From a virus (lineage: Duplodnaviria; Caudoviricetes), in the IMG/VR virus record IMGVR_UViG_2920951204_000001, positions 1 to 64,000 of that record: a DNA stretch of 64,000 bases; one strand, 5' to 3'. The number at the start of each line of letters is the position of its first letter. Position 1 is the stretch's first letter. A model generated the notes under the pieces. The model was given only the letters and a program-made list of their open reading frames with translations. It was not told the origin of the DNA and did not search any database. A program made the translations under genes and the position numbers. Of this stretch, positions 21,969 through 30,823 are shown one piece after another.

Positions 21969-23108
21969 TTAGTTCATCATGTCGTAGATTCTCTTTAATC
22001 CGTCCTCATCGACATCATTAAGCTTGCCATACTCAGCAATTACATTCTTAACAGATGCCTTTAGTTCTGCATCTTTGCACTCCTTGTACATCTTACGAAT
22101 AACAGCATCTAAATCATCTGGATATGCAGAAGTTTCTGTTGTCTCTTCGATTGTATCCTCTACGGGTGTGTCGATATCATCAATATCGTCTTCCTCAATA
22201 GGATCAGGTTCAGCAACCTTTTCTTCCTTAACTGGTGTTGCCTTCTTAGATGTAGGCTTCTTGGTGGAAACAGAATCGACACGACCATTCTTTAATGCAG
22301 TCTCAATTGTATCAATAAATGTCTGTCCCATATTTAACTGGTCAAATGGGATATATTCAGGGATTGATAAATCCTTTAATCTACCACCAGCTTCAACAAT
22401 TTCATTGCCACGGAAATATAATCTACGCTCTGTTTCTTTTACATAACGTTTTGTGCTATCACCTTCGCCTTTTTCCTCGATCTCTCTATCAATTAATCCA
22501 GTTGCAATAATATCAAAACAATCAGCAACTGCACTCTCATAATCCGCAATAAGAGATGAACCCAATCTCTGAAATCCCTCTTCGTCAAGAGATGCTTTAT
22601 CTTTTACTGTCTTTAATTTTGTGTGACCAATCATCCAAGGCATAATTCCTGCATTATATAAGTCATTAAGAAACTTTTTAACTAACTTTGCACACTCTTT
22701 TTCGCCATTTGTATATCCACCATAAGCAGCCTTGATTGATTTAATCTTCTTTCCATTCTCAAGAATAGATAATCTAATTACCTCTGATTCTGCAATACCA
22801 AAAAACTCTTCTGCACTATCGAAACATACCATCTCAACATCATGCTCTTTACCCTTTTCTTTGATAAGCCAATCCTTTACTTCAACTAAATCTTTCCATG
22901 TATTTGCATGTGTTGTAAAAATATTATCAATCATATTAGTACCGTGCTCCATACCACAAGATACTAACAATCCTTTTTCTGGATTTCCAAATTTGGCATT
23001 AATCATATCTGCCCATAAACTTGTCTTACCAAACTTACGAACTCCCATAATAAATCCTGTAATCTTATTGATCTCTGTTGCCGATCTCTGTAATGTTGGT
23101 TTGTTCAT
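21969..23108 (-). CDS. AAA_24/Sak4-like ATPase
   Basis: GVRKFGKT Walker A, CFDS, YGGY, IGH. Confidence 0.8.
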   Translation of the reverse strand: MNKPTLQRSATEINKITGFIMGVRKFGKTSLWADMINAKFGNPEKGLLVSCGMEHGTNMIDNIFTTHANTWKDLVEVKDWLIKEKGKEHDVEMVCFDSAEEFFGIAESEVIRLSILENGKKIKSIKAAYGGYTNGEKECAKLVKKFLNDLYNAGIMPWMIGHTKLKTVKDKASLDEEGFQRLGSSLIADYESAVADCFDIIATGLIDREIEEKGEGDSTKRYVKETERRLYFRGNEIVEAGGRLKDLSIPEYIPFDQLNMGQTFIDTIETALKNGRVDSVSTKKPTSKKATPVKEEKVAEPDPIEEDDIDDIDTPVEDTIEETTETSAYPDDLDAVIRKMYKECKDAELKASVKNVIAEYGKLNDVDEDGLKRIYDMMN

Positions 23109-23144
23109 TAATATAATTCCTCCATATTTCTATTTGTTATTATC

Positions 23145-23172
23145 GAGAGAGGGCAAAATGCCCTCATCTCTT
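23145..23172 (-). terminator. Intergenic hairpin
   Basis: GAGAGAGGGCA-aaa-TGCCCTCATCTC. Confidence 0.4.
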
Positions 23173-24384
23173 TTAAAGTTCATCATCGTCATCTTCAAAA
23201 AGGTCTTCTGTTCCTTCTGGAAGCTCCTCTTCAAGTGGCTTAATTACCATATCATCTTCTGTATATACCGTGTCCTGTCTGCCCTTAGTGAATCCCTTTG
23301 CTGGCTTTAAGAACTGATACTCTCTAATTCTTTCACCATATACACTTCCACCAAGTTCTGCACGAATATCGTCCATAGTAATAAGACCACACTCTAAGTC
23401 ATCCTTCTGTTCATCAGTAAGCATGTCCTCTGTAATCTCTGTCTTCTGAGCACCATTAAGCATATTAACGACTGCACCATATTCCTTGAACGTATCATCA
23501 TCGACAATAAATTTATGCTTGATTGACTCTGCTCTCTTCTTAGCCTTTTCATCAGCATCATCTGAAGGAACTGGAATTGTAATTGTAACTGGCACAGCAA
23601 TATTGCCCTTACGATTATTGTCATATTCCATCATGTATCCATTCACATAATACTTACCCTTCTCTTCTACACTCATATCATCTAAACTCTCTGAGTTAAA
23701 TAAGATATTAATTGTAGCTGTTGAACTCTCTTCTGCATCGTCTGCTGCGAGATAAATACGATTAGGAACATATGATTCATAAACTCTCTGATTCTTGTCT
23801 GAATACTGATACTCACCATTTCCACGAATGAAGAACTTCTTATCAGAACACTTTCCACTATCAATAACTTTCTTAATAAAGTCGATGAAATCCCATTCTG
23901 AAATAAATTCATGTCTCCTTTTGTTACTCTTTTCAAGCTCCGCATTTACATCTGCTTCATTCTCAAGACCAATCTCTTTTAACTCTTCATCAGTAAGGTT
24001 TGTTCCTTCCTTAACCTTTTCAGCAGCCTTTTCAAGTTTATATCTACGACCTGGCTTTTCAAGATCAAAGATAAACTTCTTGAACTCTGCAACTTCTGCT
24101 AACTTTGATGATGTAAGTCTCTCCTTAAATGGAATCTTTAATGATTCACCTTTAATCTTATTGCCATTTTCATCTACACCACTCTTAGAAAATGTGTACA
24201 CATCACCATGACCATCTGCAAAAGCACCTGATGTAACAGTCATCATGTGTCTGTTGTCTCCGCAAGCTACATTAAACATTAACTGCTTGCGTACCCATCC
24301 AGAATCAAACTGCTTTTCCTGATAAGGATGGAACTTTTCACTCTCCTTACCGATACTTAACTTTCCTGTCATTTCAAAATTCAT
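23173..24384 (-). CDS. Putative ssDNA-binding protein
   Basis: Heads the replication block; acidic C-terminal tail EDLFEDDDDEL. Confidence 0.55.
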   Translation of the reverse strand: MNFEMTGKLSIGKESEKFHPYQEKQFDSGWVRKQLMFNVACGDNRHMMTVTSGAFADGHGDVYTFSKSGVDENGNKIKGESLKIPFKERLTSSKLAEVAEFKKFIFDLEKPGRRYKLEKAAEKVKEGTNLTDEELKEIGLENEADVNAELEKSNKRRHEFISEWDFIDFIKKVIDSGKCSDKKFFIRGNGEYQYSDKNQRVYESYVPNRIYLAADDAEESSTATINILFNSESLDDMSVEEKGKYYVNGYMMEYDNNRKGNIAVPVTITIPVPSDDADEKAKKRAESIKHKFIVDDDTFKEYGAVVNMLNGAQKTEITEDMLTDEQKDDLECGLITMDDIRAELGGSVYGERIREYQFLKPAKGFTKGRQDTVYTEDDMVIKPLEEELPEGTEDLFEDDDDEL

Positions 24385-24600
24385 TAAATGAATCCTCCTT
24401 ATATGTAATAAAATTTAATAAATAACTTATATATAAACGCCCTTCTCAGGACGGAACATGGAAGTAAATCTATATGAAAATTTATCCATAAACAGTGATT
24501 TTTGAGCGTACAAACCCAAGGGTATGCTGTTTTCCACCCATATTTATATTCTCTATTCAGTTGTTCATATTTGGAAATTTTGAACTGAATCGTTCAAGAA

Positions 24601-24879
24601 TTATTTACTAGATTTTATATTTGCAATTTTATATAATATCTTATTTAGATGTATAAATTTACTCTTCCGAAAAATTTTTATAATATAATATATAATCGCA
24701 AATAGCATTGATAAATATCCAAGTATAGTTAGAATAAAATAACCCATTTTAACATCACCTGTGAAATAATCTTCATCGTATTCGGTATTTTTCATATCAT
24801 CAATAACAAATAAGGAAGCTACTATTAACCCAAATATGAGCCACGATAAAAATAATAATCCTGCATATAAAAACATCAT
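24601..24879 (-). CDS. Small membrane protein
   Basis: Two hydrophobic segments; SD GGAGGTG. Confidence 0.6.
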   Translation of the reverse strand: MMFLYAGLLFLSWLIFGLIVASLFVIDDMKNTEYDEDYFTGDVKMGYFILTILGYLSMLFAIIYYIIKIFRKSKFIHLNKILYKIANIKSSK

Positions 24880-24914
24880 ATTTATTTCTCACCTCCAACT
24901 ATATATTCTCTGTT

Positions 24915-25175
24915 TTAATCACAATACACATAATTGCAGCTATTGGATTCAATATTTTCTAAGTCAATAATCATTTCGCCATCTTCATGACATCTATCAA
25001 TTTCAATATTAGAAATTTTAATAGAAGTGTCTGTCATTTCTATAATATTTCCTATGTAGTGGTCATGATGATTTGTAACTTTATTGAATAACGTAAATGC
25101 AATATCTTCACCAACTCTAAAGCTTTTCTTATTATCTGTTACTAATGTTCTTACTGTTTTAATGTTGTATTTCAT
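24915..25175 (-). CDS. Hypothetical protein
   Basis: SD AAGGAG directly after repeat site 25189. Confidence 0.65.
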   Translation of the reverse strand: MKYNIKTVRTLVTDNKKSFRVGEDIAFTLFNKVTNHHDHYIGNIIEMTDTSIKISNIEIDRCHEDGEMIIDLENIESNSCNYVYCD

Positions 25176-25212
25176 AATCTATCTCCTTAAGAAATGTCAG
25201 ATTCCTTCGACT

Positions 25213-25434
25213 CTATTTCTTCACTGTTACATTGAAAACTGACCTTAAAATACAGATAATCAACCAAATACCAGTTGCAATAGACCATTTAAATGTTAAA
25301 CCAAAGCACATTGTAATAAGTTTGATTATTCCACATGTAACAATCCAACTAAGTCCATAGCATACAGCTAAAATTGTAATGACAATAACTGCTGTTACTC
25401 CACCTTTTGCTAATTTTTCTTTTAAATTACTCAT
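25213..25434 (-). CDS. Small membrane protein
   Basis: Hydrophobic segments; SD. Confidence 0.65.
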   Translation of the reverse strand: MSNLKEKLAKGGVTAVIVITILAVCYGLSWIVTCGIIKLITMCFGLTFKWSIATGIWLIICILRSVFNVTVKK

Positions 25435-25448
25435 ATGTATATTCTCCT

Positions 25449-25709
25449 TTACGCTTCAAAATTGAACTCATCAGACGAAATTTTGTTGTTAATAATCTTC
25501 TGATAAATGTCTACATACATCTCATCTTTATCTCTGTTATAAGCAACTTCTGCATATTTGTTACCCATTGGCTGTCCCCAAATAGTACACTTCTTATAAC
25601 CCAACTCATGTGCAAACCACACAAGATCTAACTGGTCAATATTGATGTTTTCACTCAATGTCTGAATCACTGCATTCTTTGCAGCTTTTTCAAATTCGTA
25701 ACTTGTCAT
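25449..25709 (-). CDS. Conserved phage protein (DUF6275-like)
   Basis: LVWF...KYAEVAYNRDKDEMYVDIYQK pattern. Confidence 0.6.
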   Translation of the reverse strand: MTSYEFEKAAKNAVIQTLSENINIDQLDLVWFAHELGYKKCTIWGQPMGNKYAEVAYNRDKDEMYVDIYQKIINNKISSDEFNFEA

Positions 25710-25766
25710 TTATAATTACCTCCACTTTAATAATCTTCACAAGAAATCGAAAATTCATCGGCTTTT

Positions 25767-27068
25767 TTAAATATTATTAGCCGTTTGTAATGGTATATTC
25801 ACGACTACTGGATGTGAACCTGCATCCACTATCCCATTGGCAAAAGCCTTTGGGAATACCTTCTTCATTATCTGATAACTTCCATTTACGTCTGCATTAA
25901 TATATTCTCCTTTCTCGCTCTGAAATAACCCTCTATGAATTCGTCTATCTTTATTGTAATTTTTCTCAATTGGCTCTTCACCATCAAGAAAAGATGTACC
26001 ACTTGTATAACTTTCATTTGTTCTAATGAACTTAATTCCTTCATTCTCGCATTTATATTCAAGTCTTTGTACAATACTTAAATATGGAATAGATACAAAT
26101 TTCTGATTGACTCTTTTACCCATATCAGTTTCTTGTTTCCATCCTGAGTTATAACCACAAACCAATGTGTCAATATCATTACACTTGCAAAAATCTACTA
26201 CCATCTTTGTTGATTTCTGAATATAGTCATCTACTTGATTATTTCTTTTAGTTGTAAATCTTTGCATCTCATTTGACCAATCGCTATCATTTCTCAGCTT
26301 TAATGCCGATCTTATTTCTGAAATCTTCTTATTATAATACTGATTGATTGACTTCAATGGTTTTCCATTTATTATAATTGGATTTACACCACAGTTTGTT
26401 GTGATGGTCATCAAATTATCGACACCTAAGTCAATTGCAGCAATACTCTTTGAATCTATATCCTTTGTTTCAGGAACTTCTATTTGGTAAACTACTTCCA
26501 TAATATATTCATTACCTTTTGGGACAAATCGAAGCTGTACTAATTTAGAATCATTTGGAATTTTTGTTCTGAAAATATTATTCATGATTTTAAGAGGTGT
26601 CCAACTAAAGTAAATATATCCATCAACAATTTTGAATTTGATATTATCTAATCCAAGTTCAAATCGCCCATCTTCTTTAGGAAGATACTTCGGTAACTTC
26701 GGTCTGCCAAGATATTTAGATGGATTCTTTGAATAGTCCTTAATAGCTGCGAAGAACGACTTCCAGTTCTTATCTAATTTTCTCAAAGTAGCTTGTCCTA
26801 CATTGCTTCCAATACATTTATAACAATCAGATTCTTTACATAATTGAAATAATTCATTGTATTGAATCCAACGAGCATCCTCAACTAATCCTTGTTCTTT
26901 TTGTTTTGAAGTTTCTATAAATTCCTGCCGAATTATGTAATTTCCATAATTATATAAGTTTTTAGATTTCCAACATAAATCATCTATAATTTTGAACAGT
27001 TTATCGTCTTTATTATTTTTCTTACTTTTCTTTATTCGATGTTGTTCTACTCTATTTACTTTCTTCAT
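25767..27068 (-). CDS. tnpB: TnpB-family RNA-guided nuclease, adjacent to CRISPR mini-array
   Basis: SKNLYN, AIDLGVDN (RuvC-I), NESYTS, NADVNG (RuvC-III); no Zn finger; no IS-end hairpins seen. Confidence 0.92.
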   Translation of the reverse strand: MKKVNRVEQHRIKKSKKNNKDDKLFKIIDDLCWKSKNLYNYGNYIIRQEFIETSKQKEQGLVEDARWIQYNELFQLCKESDCYKCIGSNVGQATLRKLDKNWKSFFAAIKDYSKNPSKYLGRPKLPKYLPKEDGRFELGLDNIKFKIVDGYIYFSWTPLKIMNNIFRTKIPNDSKLVQLRFVPKGNEYIMEVVYQIEVPETKDIDSKSIAAIDLGVDNLMTITTNCGVNPIIINGKPLKSINQYYNKKISEIRSALKLRNDSDWSNEMQRFTTKRNNQVDDYIQKSTKMVVDFCKCNDIDTLVCGYNSGWKQETDMGKRVNQKFVSIPYLSIVQRLEYKCENEGIKFIRTNESYTSGTSFLDGEEPIEKNYNKDRRIHRGLFQSEKGEYINADVNGSYQIMKKVFPKAFANGIVDAGSHPVVVNIPLQTANNI

Positions 27069-27078
27069 AAGTTCTCCT

Positions 27079-27240
27079 TAAATTAACATGGTTCTAAAAT
27101 ATATATATAATTCTCCTTCTTCTATCTGAGGTTTATTACCATATAAATTAACATAGTTCTAAAACAGATTATTTAATCCCCTTCAACTGTGCTTTGAGGT
27201 TTATTACCTTGTAAATTAACATGATTCTAAAACCTCAAAT
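27079..27240 (-). CRISPR. Type II-A-like mini-array (2 full and 1 partial repeat, 2 spacers)
   Basis: 35-nt repeats GTTTTAGAATCATGTTAATTTACAAGGTAATAAAC (27233-27199) and GTTTTAGAACTATGTTAATTTATATGGTAATAAAC (27165-27131); partial 27100-27079; spacers 33 and 30 nt; ATTTGAG at 27240-27234. Confidence 0.8.
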
Positions 27241-27410
27241 ATGTATTCGTAATTTACTTGGTATTCTTGAAGTTCTAAGTTCAATGGGCGAAACCCACAC
27301 CCACTATCCAATTGATTTCACTTTTGGAATACTTGTTATAGGATAAACTGGCTTGAATTAGCCAAATAGATTTGTTAAAATAGAACAAATATAGTTTATC
27401 CTATATTTTA
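27241..27410 (-). ncRNA. Putative structured RNA (omega-RNA-like scaffold plus upstream multi-stem)
   Basis: 13-bp inverted repeat 27337-27349/27393-27405 enclosing two hairpins; 27260-27335 resembles the tnpB 3' end with compensatory changes. Confidence 0.6.
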
Positions 27411-27475
27411 TTCTCCGTAGAGCAGATTGTTAGGTCGCCAAACTTGTGCAATCTGTTCTACTGTTTTTATATTCT

Positions 27476-27859
27476 CTACTTTTCAGAAGATTTCTTTAAA
27501 TCTGTTAATGCATCATCTAAATCCTTAACTGTCTGAATAGCTTCCTTCATACTATTCATACCAGCAATAGCACTTGAAAAAGCCTTAATACTTTCAAATT
27601 CCATCTCTGAAATAGTTTTTAAAACATCAACTAATTTCATATCACCAATTCCAGATACCTTTGCTGCATTTTCGATTGTCTCTTCTTCATTTACAAGTAA
27701 ATCAATAAACTGTCTTACCTTATTATTCTCCATTTCTTCAATCTCCTTTATATGTTCTTTTATTTTTTGTTTCCCTACATGACTTGGATAGCCAGAGTAC
27801 GAAAGTGCTTGATTTATCCACCATAATGTCTGTTCATCTACATCATCATATTTCTTCAT
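27476..27859 (-). CDS. Hypothetical protein
   Basis: Lies in the same repeat-bounded unit as tnpB and the array. Confidence 0.6.
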   Translation of the reverse strand: MKKYDDVDEQTLWWINQALSYSGYPSHVGKQKIKEHIKEIEEMENNKVRQFIDLLVNEEETIENAAKVSGIGDMKLVDVLKTISEMEFESIKAFSSAIAGMNSMKEAIQTVKDLDDALTDLKKSSEK

Positions 27860-27944
27860 CTCTTCGACTAAATTTCCGATATATCACACCTCATTTCTAC
27901 AGTCAAATATCTTCCAAGGAAACCGATATTTCTTGTCCATTTTG

Positions 27945-27991
27945 TTACTATATATAGTAGTTTTAATTTATATAACCACTATATATAGCGT
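27945..27991. promoter_or_regulatory. Tandem NrdR-box-like pair
   Basis: ACTATATATAGT at 27947 and ACTATATATAGC at 27978, 31 bp apart. Confidence 0.65.
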
Positions 27992-28026
27992 ACTATTTTT
28001 TGACTTTTCTATATATTGTTATTCTC

Positions 28027-28410
28027 TTATTCCCAATCGTAAGCAATGTAATATCCTTCATCAGATAAATGTTTGAACCATTCAAATCTACTTCTCATAT
28101 CAATATTATCAACTTCCTTATTACTCAAAATTTTTTCACAATATTTTGACATGTCGATTGGTTCAATGAGTTTTAATTTATAATCCTTTGAGTCGATCCA
28201 TTCCTCGTTTGGTAATTTAGGGAACGGAACACCAATCGTCTTTTCAAACAATTCTCTTACCAAACTTACATTATAATAAGAATGAGATGTAGAATCGCAG
28301 TCGATATATTTAATTGAGTATTCATCATAATAACAATGTCCAAACGCCTGATATGTTTCACCAGAATCTAATATTTTATAATCTTTAAACCATCTAAATC
28401 CTAAGCCCAT
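28027..28410 (-). CDS. Hypothetical protein
   Basis: SD AGGAGG; single gene between sites 27917 and 28452. Confidence 0.7.
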   Translation of the reverse strand: MGLGFRWFKDYKILDSGETYQAFGHCYYDEYSIKYIDCDSTSHSYYNVSLVRELFEKTIGVPFPKLPNEEWIDSKDYKLKLIEPIDMSKYCEKILSNKEVDNIDMRSRFEWFKHLSDEGYYIAYDWE

Positions 28411-28486
28411 AAGTTGCCTCCTGTTCTTATGTTCTCTTCCAAAATTTCCACAAGAAACGAATCATTCCTGTTAAGTTATTCTCTAT

Positions 28487-29383
28487 TTAATCACTCACTG
28501 CATCATAAATCTTTCCAACTTCATATTGATAATCTTCTACTTTTGTCCTTCTGTAATAATCACAATAACAGTGACCATCAGTATCTATTACATATTCAAT
28601 ACCTTTTGTCTTAATTGAGGTGTCTAAAACACCATGTAGGAAAAATACTCTCATTTTATCTTTTCTGCGAAGTCTACACCAATGAGAATCCGTTGTGTTT
28701 TCATAATCTATAACATCAAATTTATCAGTCTCACTCATAGACTCTGTTAAATAGTAATCAAACACATCAGAATCATTCCAGAAAACATCGCATCTAAATC
28801 TTACTGCAATAAACCCTACATCTTTCGCCCAATCAATAAAGAAGTCTCTCCACTTTATAAAGTTTGGAACTTTCTTAAATATGACTGCACAAGCGGATAC
28901 TGTAATTCTAATATCGTTAAGCTGCTGAACCATATCCTTATAATCAATTCCGTTGAAACAAAATCCAAGTATTTCTTCTCTTCTTAATGGTCGCCAATCG
29001 TGAATTGAAATATTTACATAATCAACAACATCTTCCATATACGGTATTACTTCCTTTAGATGAGTACCATTTGTTGTCATAGTTACTCTAAGAACCTTTG
29101 ATTTAATATTGAACTCTTTCAATTTGATAAACACTTTTGATAAATATTCAGGATCTAAAGTTGGTTCGCCACCAGTTATATCAACTGATATAGGATTTTT
29201 ATCACCTATTCTGGTTATAATATCATCAAGTGATTCAATGAAATTATCTAAAAACTGTTGTTTGTTACATGACATATCTTTGTCTTTATTGTAACAAAAC
29301 GGACATTTCGCATTACAACCACCTGGAATCACAAGTTTAACTGTTATCACCTTGTTATAATCTTTTCGTTCTATATATTTCAC
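28487..29383 (-). CDS. Radical SAM protein
   Basis: CNAKCPFC, TGGEP, TTNG. Confidence 0.9.
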   Translation of the reverse strand: MKYIERKDYNKVITVKLVIPGGCNAKCPFCYNKDKDMSCNKQQFLDNFIESLDDIITRIGDKNPISVDITGGEPTLDPEYLSKVFIKLKEFNIKSKVLRVTMTTNGTHLKEVIPYMEDVVDYVNISIHDWRPLRREEILGFCFNGIDYKDMVQQLNDIRITVSACAVIFKKVPNFIKWRDFFIDWAKDVGFIAVRFRCDVFWNDSDVFDYYLTESMSETDKFDVIDYENTTDSHWCRLRRKDKMRVFFLHGVLDTSIKTKGIEYVIDTDGHCYCDYYRRTKVEDYQYEVGKIYDAVSD

Positions 29384-29402
29384 TTCATCACCTCACAGAT
29401 AT

Positions 29403-29690
29403 TTATTCTCTCAATCCATCTAATACTCTCATCAAAACGTGTCTTGTAAGATTCTTAACATCGCCACTGTAAAATCCACATTCTATATCACAAGCCTTTA
29501 GAACTTCATCAAGTGTTTTATTCTTCTCTTCACTCAGTAACCTCTTACAGTTCTCATATTGAATATCATTTGTCTCATGAGCATTTCTAAGATTACTTTC
29601 TAAGCAGCGAATAATATCAATCAGTTTATCTTTTGTCATAGATTTTAATGTGCTATCTGAATATATTTTTCTTCCATCGCCTATCGCCAT
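29403..29690 (-). CDS. Hypothetical protein
   Basis: In-operon ORF. Confidence 0.6.
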   Translation of the reverse strand: MAIGDGRKIYSDSTLKSMTKDKLIDIIRCLESNLRNAHETNDIQYENCKRLLSEEKNKTLDEVLKACDIECGFYSGDVKNLTRHVLMRVLDGLRE

Positions 29691-29702
29691 ATACTTATTC
29701 TC

Positions 29703-30026
29703 CTACTCTTTTGCAATTCCAATGCCATTCACTTTAAAGCTAGTTACCTTACCATCCTTAATTTCAACGCTTTCTTCTGTGCCACCATGCCAAATAAGAC
29801 CAACGCCTGTGACATACATACCATCTTCGTCTTCAATCAATTCAACTTCTTGTGCTACTCCAATAGGAAGAAACTTACCATCGCTACATGGTATCTCAAT
29901 CGGAATATTCTTTACATTTTTATAAGCATTTCTAATTGCTTCTTTGGAATATATCACACCGTTCAAATCAGGCTTATCAACTGGAATTGGAATTTTAAAT
30001 GTTACTTTTATATTCTCTGTTCTCAT
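29703..30026 (-). CDS. Hypothetical protein
   Basis: SD GGAGGTG after site 30049. Confidence 0.65.
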   Translation of the reverse strand: MRTENIKVTFKIPIPVDKPDLNGVIYSKEAIRNAYKNVKNIPIEIPCSDGKFLPIGVAQEVELIEDEDGMYVTGVGLIWHGGTEESVEIKDGKVTSFKVNGIGIAKE

Positions 30027-30069
30027 ATCACACCTCCAACCTATCCAAAAGAAAGAAAAATTTCATTCT

Positions 30070-30690
30070 TTATATGTTGTCTGTTTCTAACCACCTAACA
30101 ATTGGCTCAGATGTGCTACCTTTCTCCCACACGAACCACGCATGACACATTGTAGTTGCCCACTTCTTCCCAGTTTTTGGATCTTTCTCTAATCCACTAT
30201 TCCAAGTCGCCATTCTATTCCTAAACACATATATGTACTTAGGTGGATATTTTTCAAATAATTCTTTTCTTTTTACACCCTCAAGAAATTGAATTTTAAG
30301 AAACATTGCCATCTGACCATTATCTGTTAATAAATCCATTCCTTTTTCTACAAATTCTTTTGCAAGTGAATATGGTGGATTGGTTATGATGCCTTCATAT
30401 TTTTTATCTGTTTCATATGTAAGAAAATCAGCAACAATTGTGTTAGGATATCCTCTATCAACTAAATCAAGTCCTGTAATTTCTCTTTTATTCTTATAAA
30501 ATTCATTTATTGCATTGGCGATATGACCACCACCTACACACGGCTCTAATATTGTCTGTGCAAAAAAATCATATTTTGAAAGCAGCATTTTTACTGCTTC
30601 AGGATTTGTCGCATAGTAGTCATTTTCTACTCTTTCATTCTCTGGATTACCACCAGCTAATTTAGCACCTGCTAATACTTTTTTCTCCAT
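30070..30690 (-). CDS. DNA amino-methyltransferase (phage type)
   Basis: DYYAT, EPCVGGG (motif I), TNPPY (motif IV). Confidence 0.9.
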   Translation of the reverse strand: MEKKVLAGAKLAGGNPENERVENDYYATNPEAVKMLLSKYDFFAQTILEPCVGGGHIANAINEFYKNKREITGLDLVDRGYPNTIVADFLTYETDKKYEGIITNPPYSLAKEFVEKGMDLLTDNGQMAMFLKIQFLEGVKRKELFEKYPPKYIYVFRNRMATWNSGLEKDPKTGKKWATTMCHAWFVWEKGSTSEPIVRWLETDNI

Positions 30691-30823
30691 TTTGTGTTAC
30701 CAGAAAGCTCATATGATTTACAGTAGCTACACTTTACATCCTTTCTGATATTCTATTATTTACTGGGATTCCCATAGCCGAATGGCTTAGATATATTTAA
30801 CTGTTACATAACATTATTCTCTC

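Noticed and set aside
25767-27859. Complete CRISPR-Cas locus
   Set aside because: No cas1, cas2, cas9 or csn2 and no clear anti-repeat tracrRNA seen in the window
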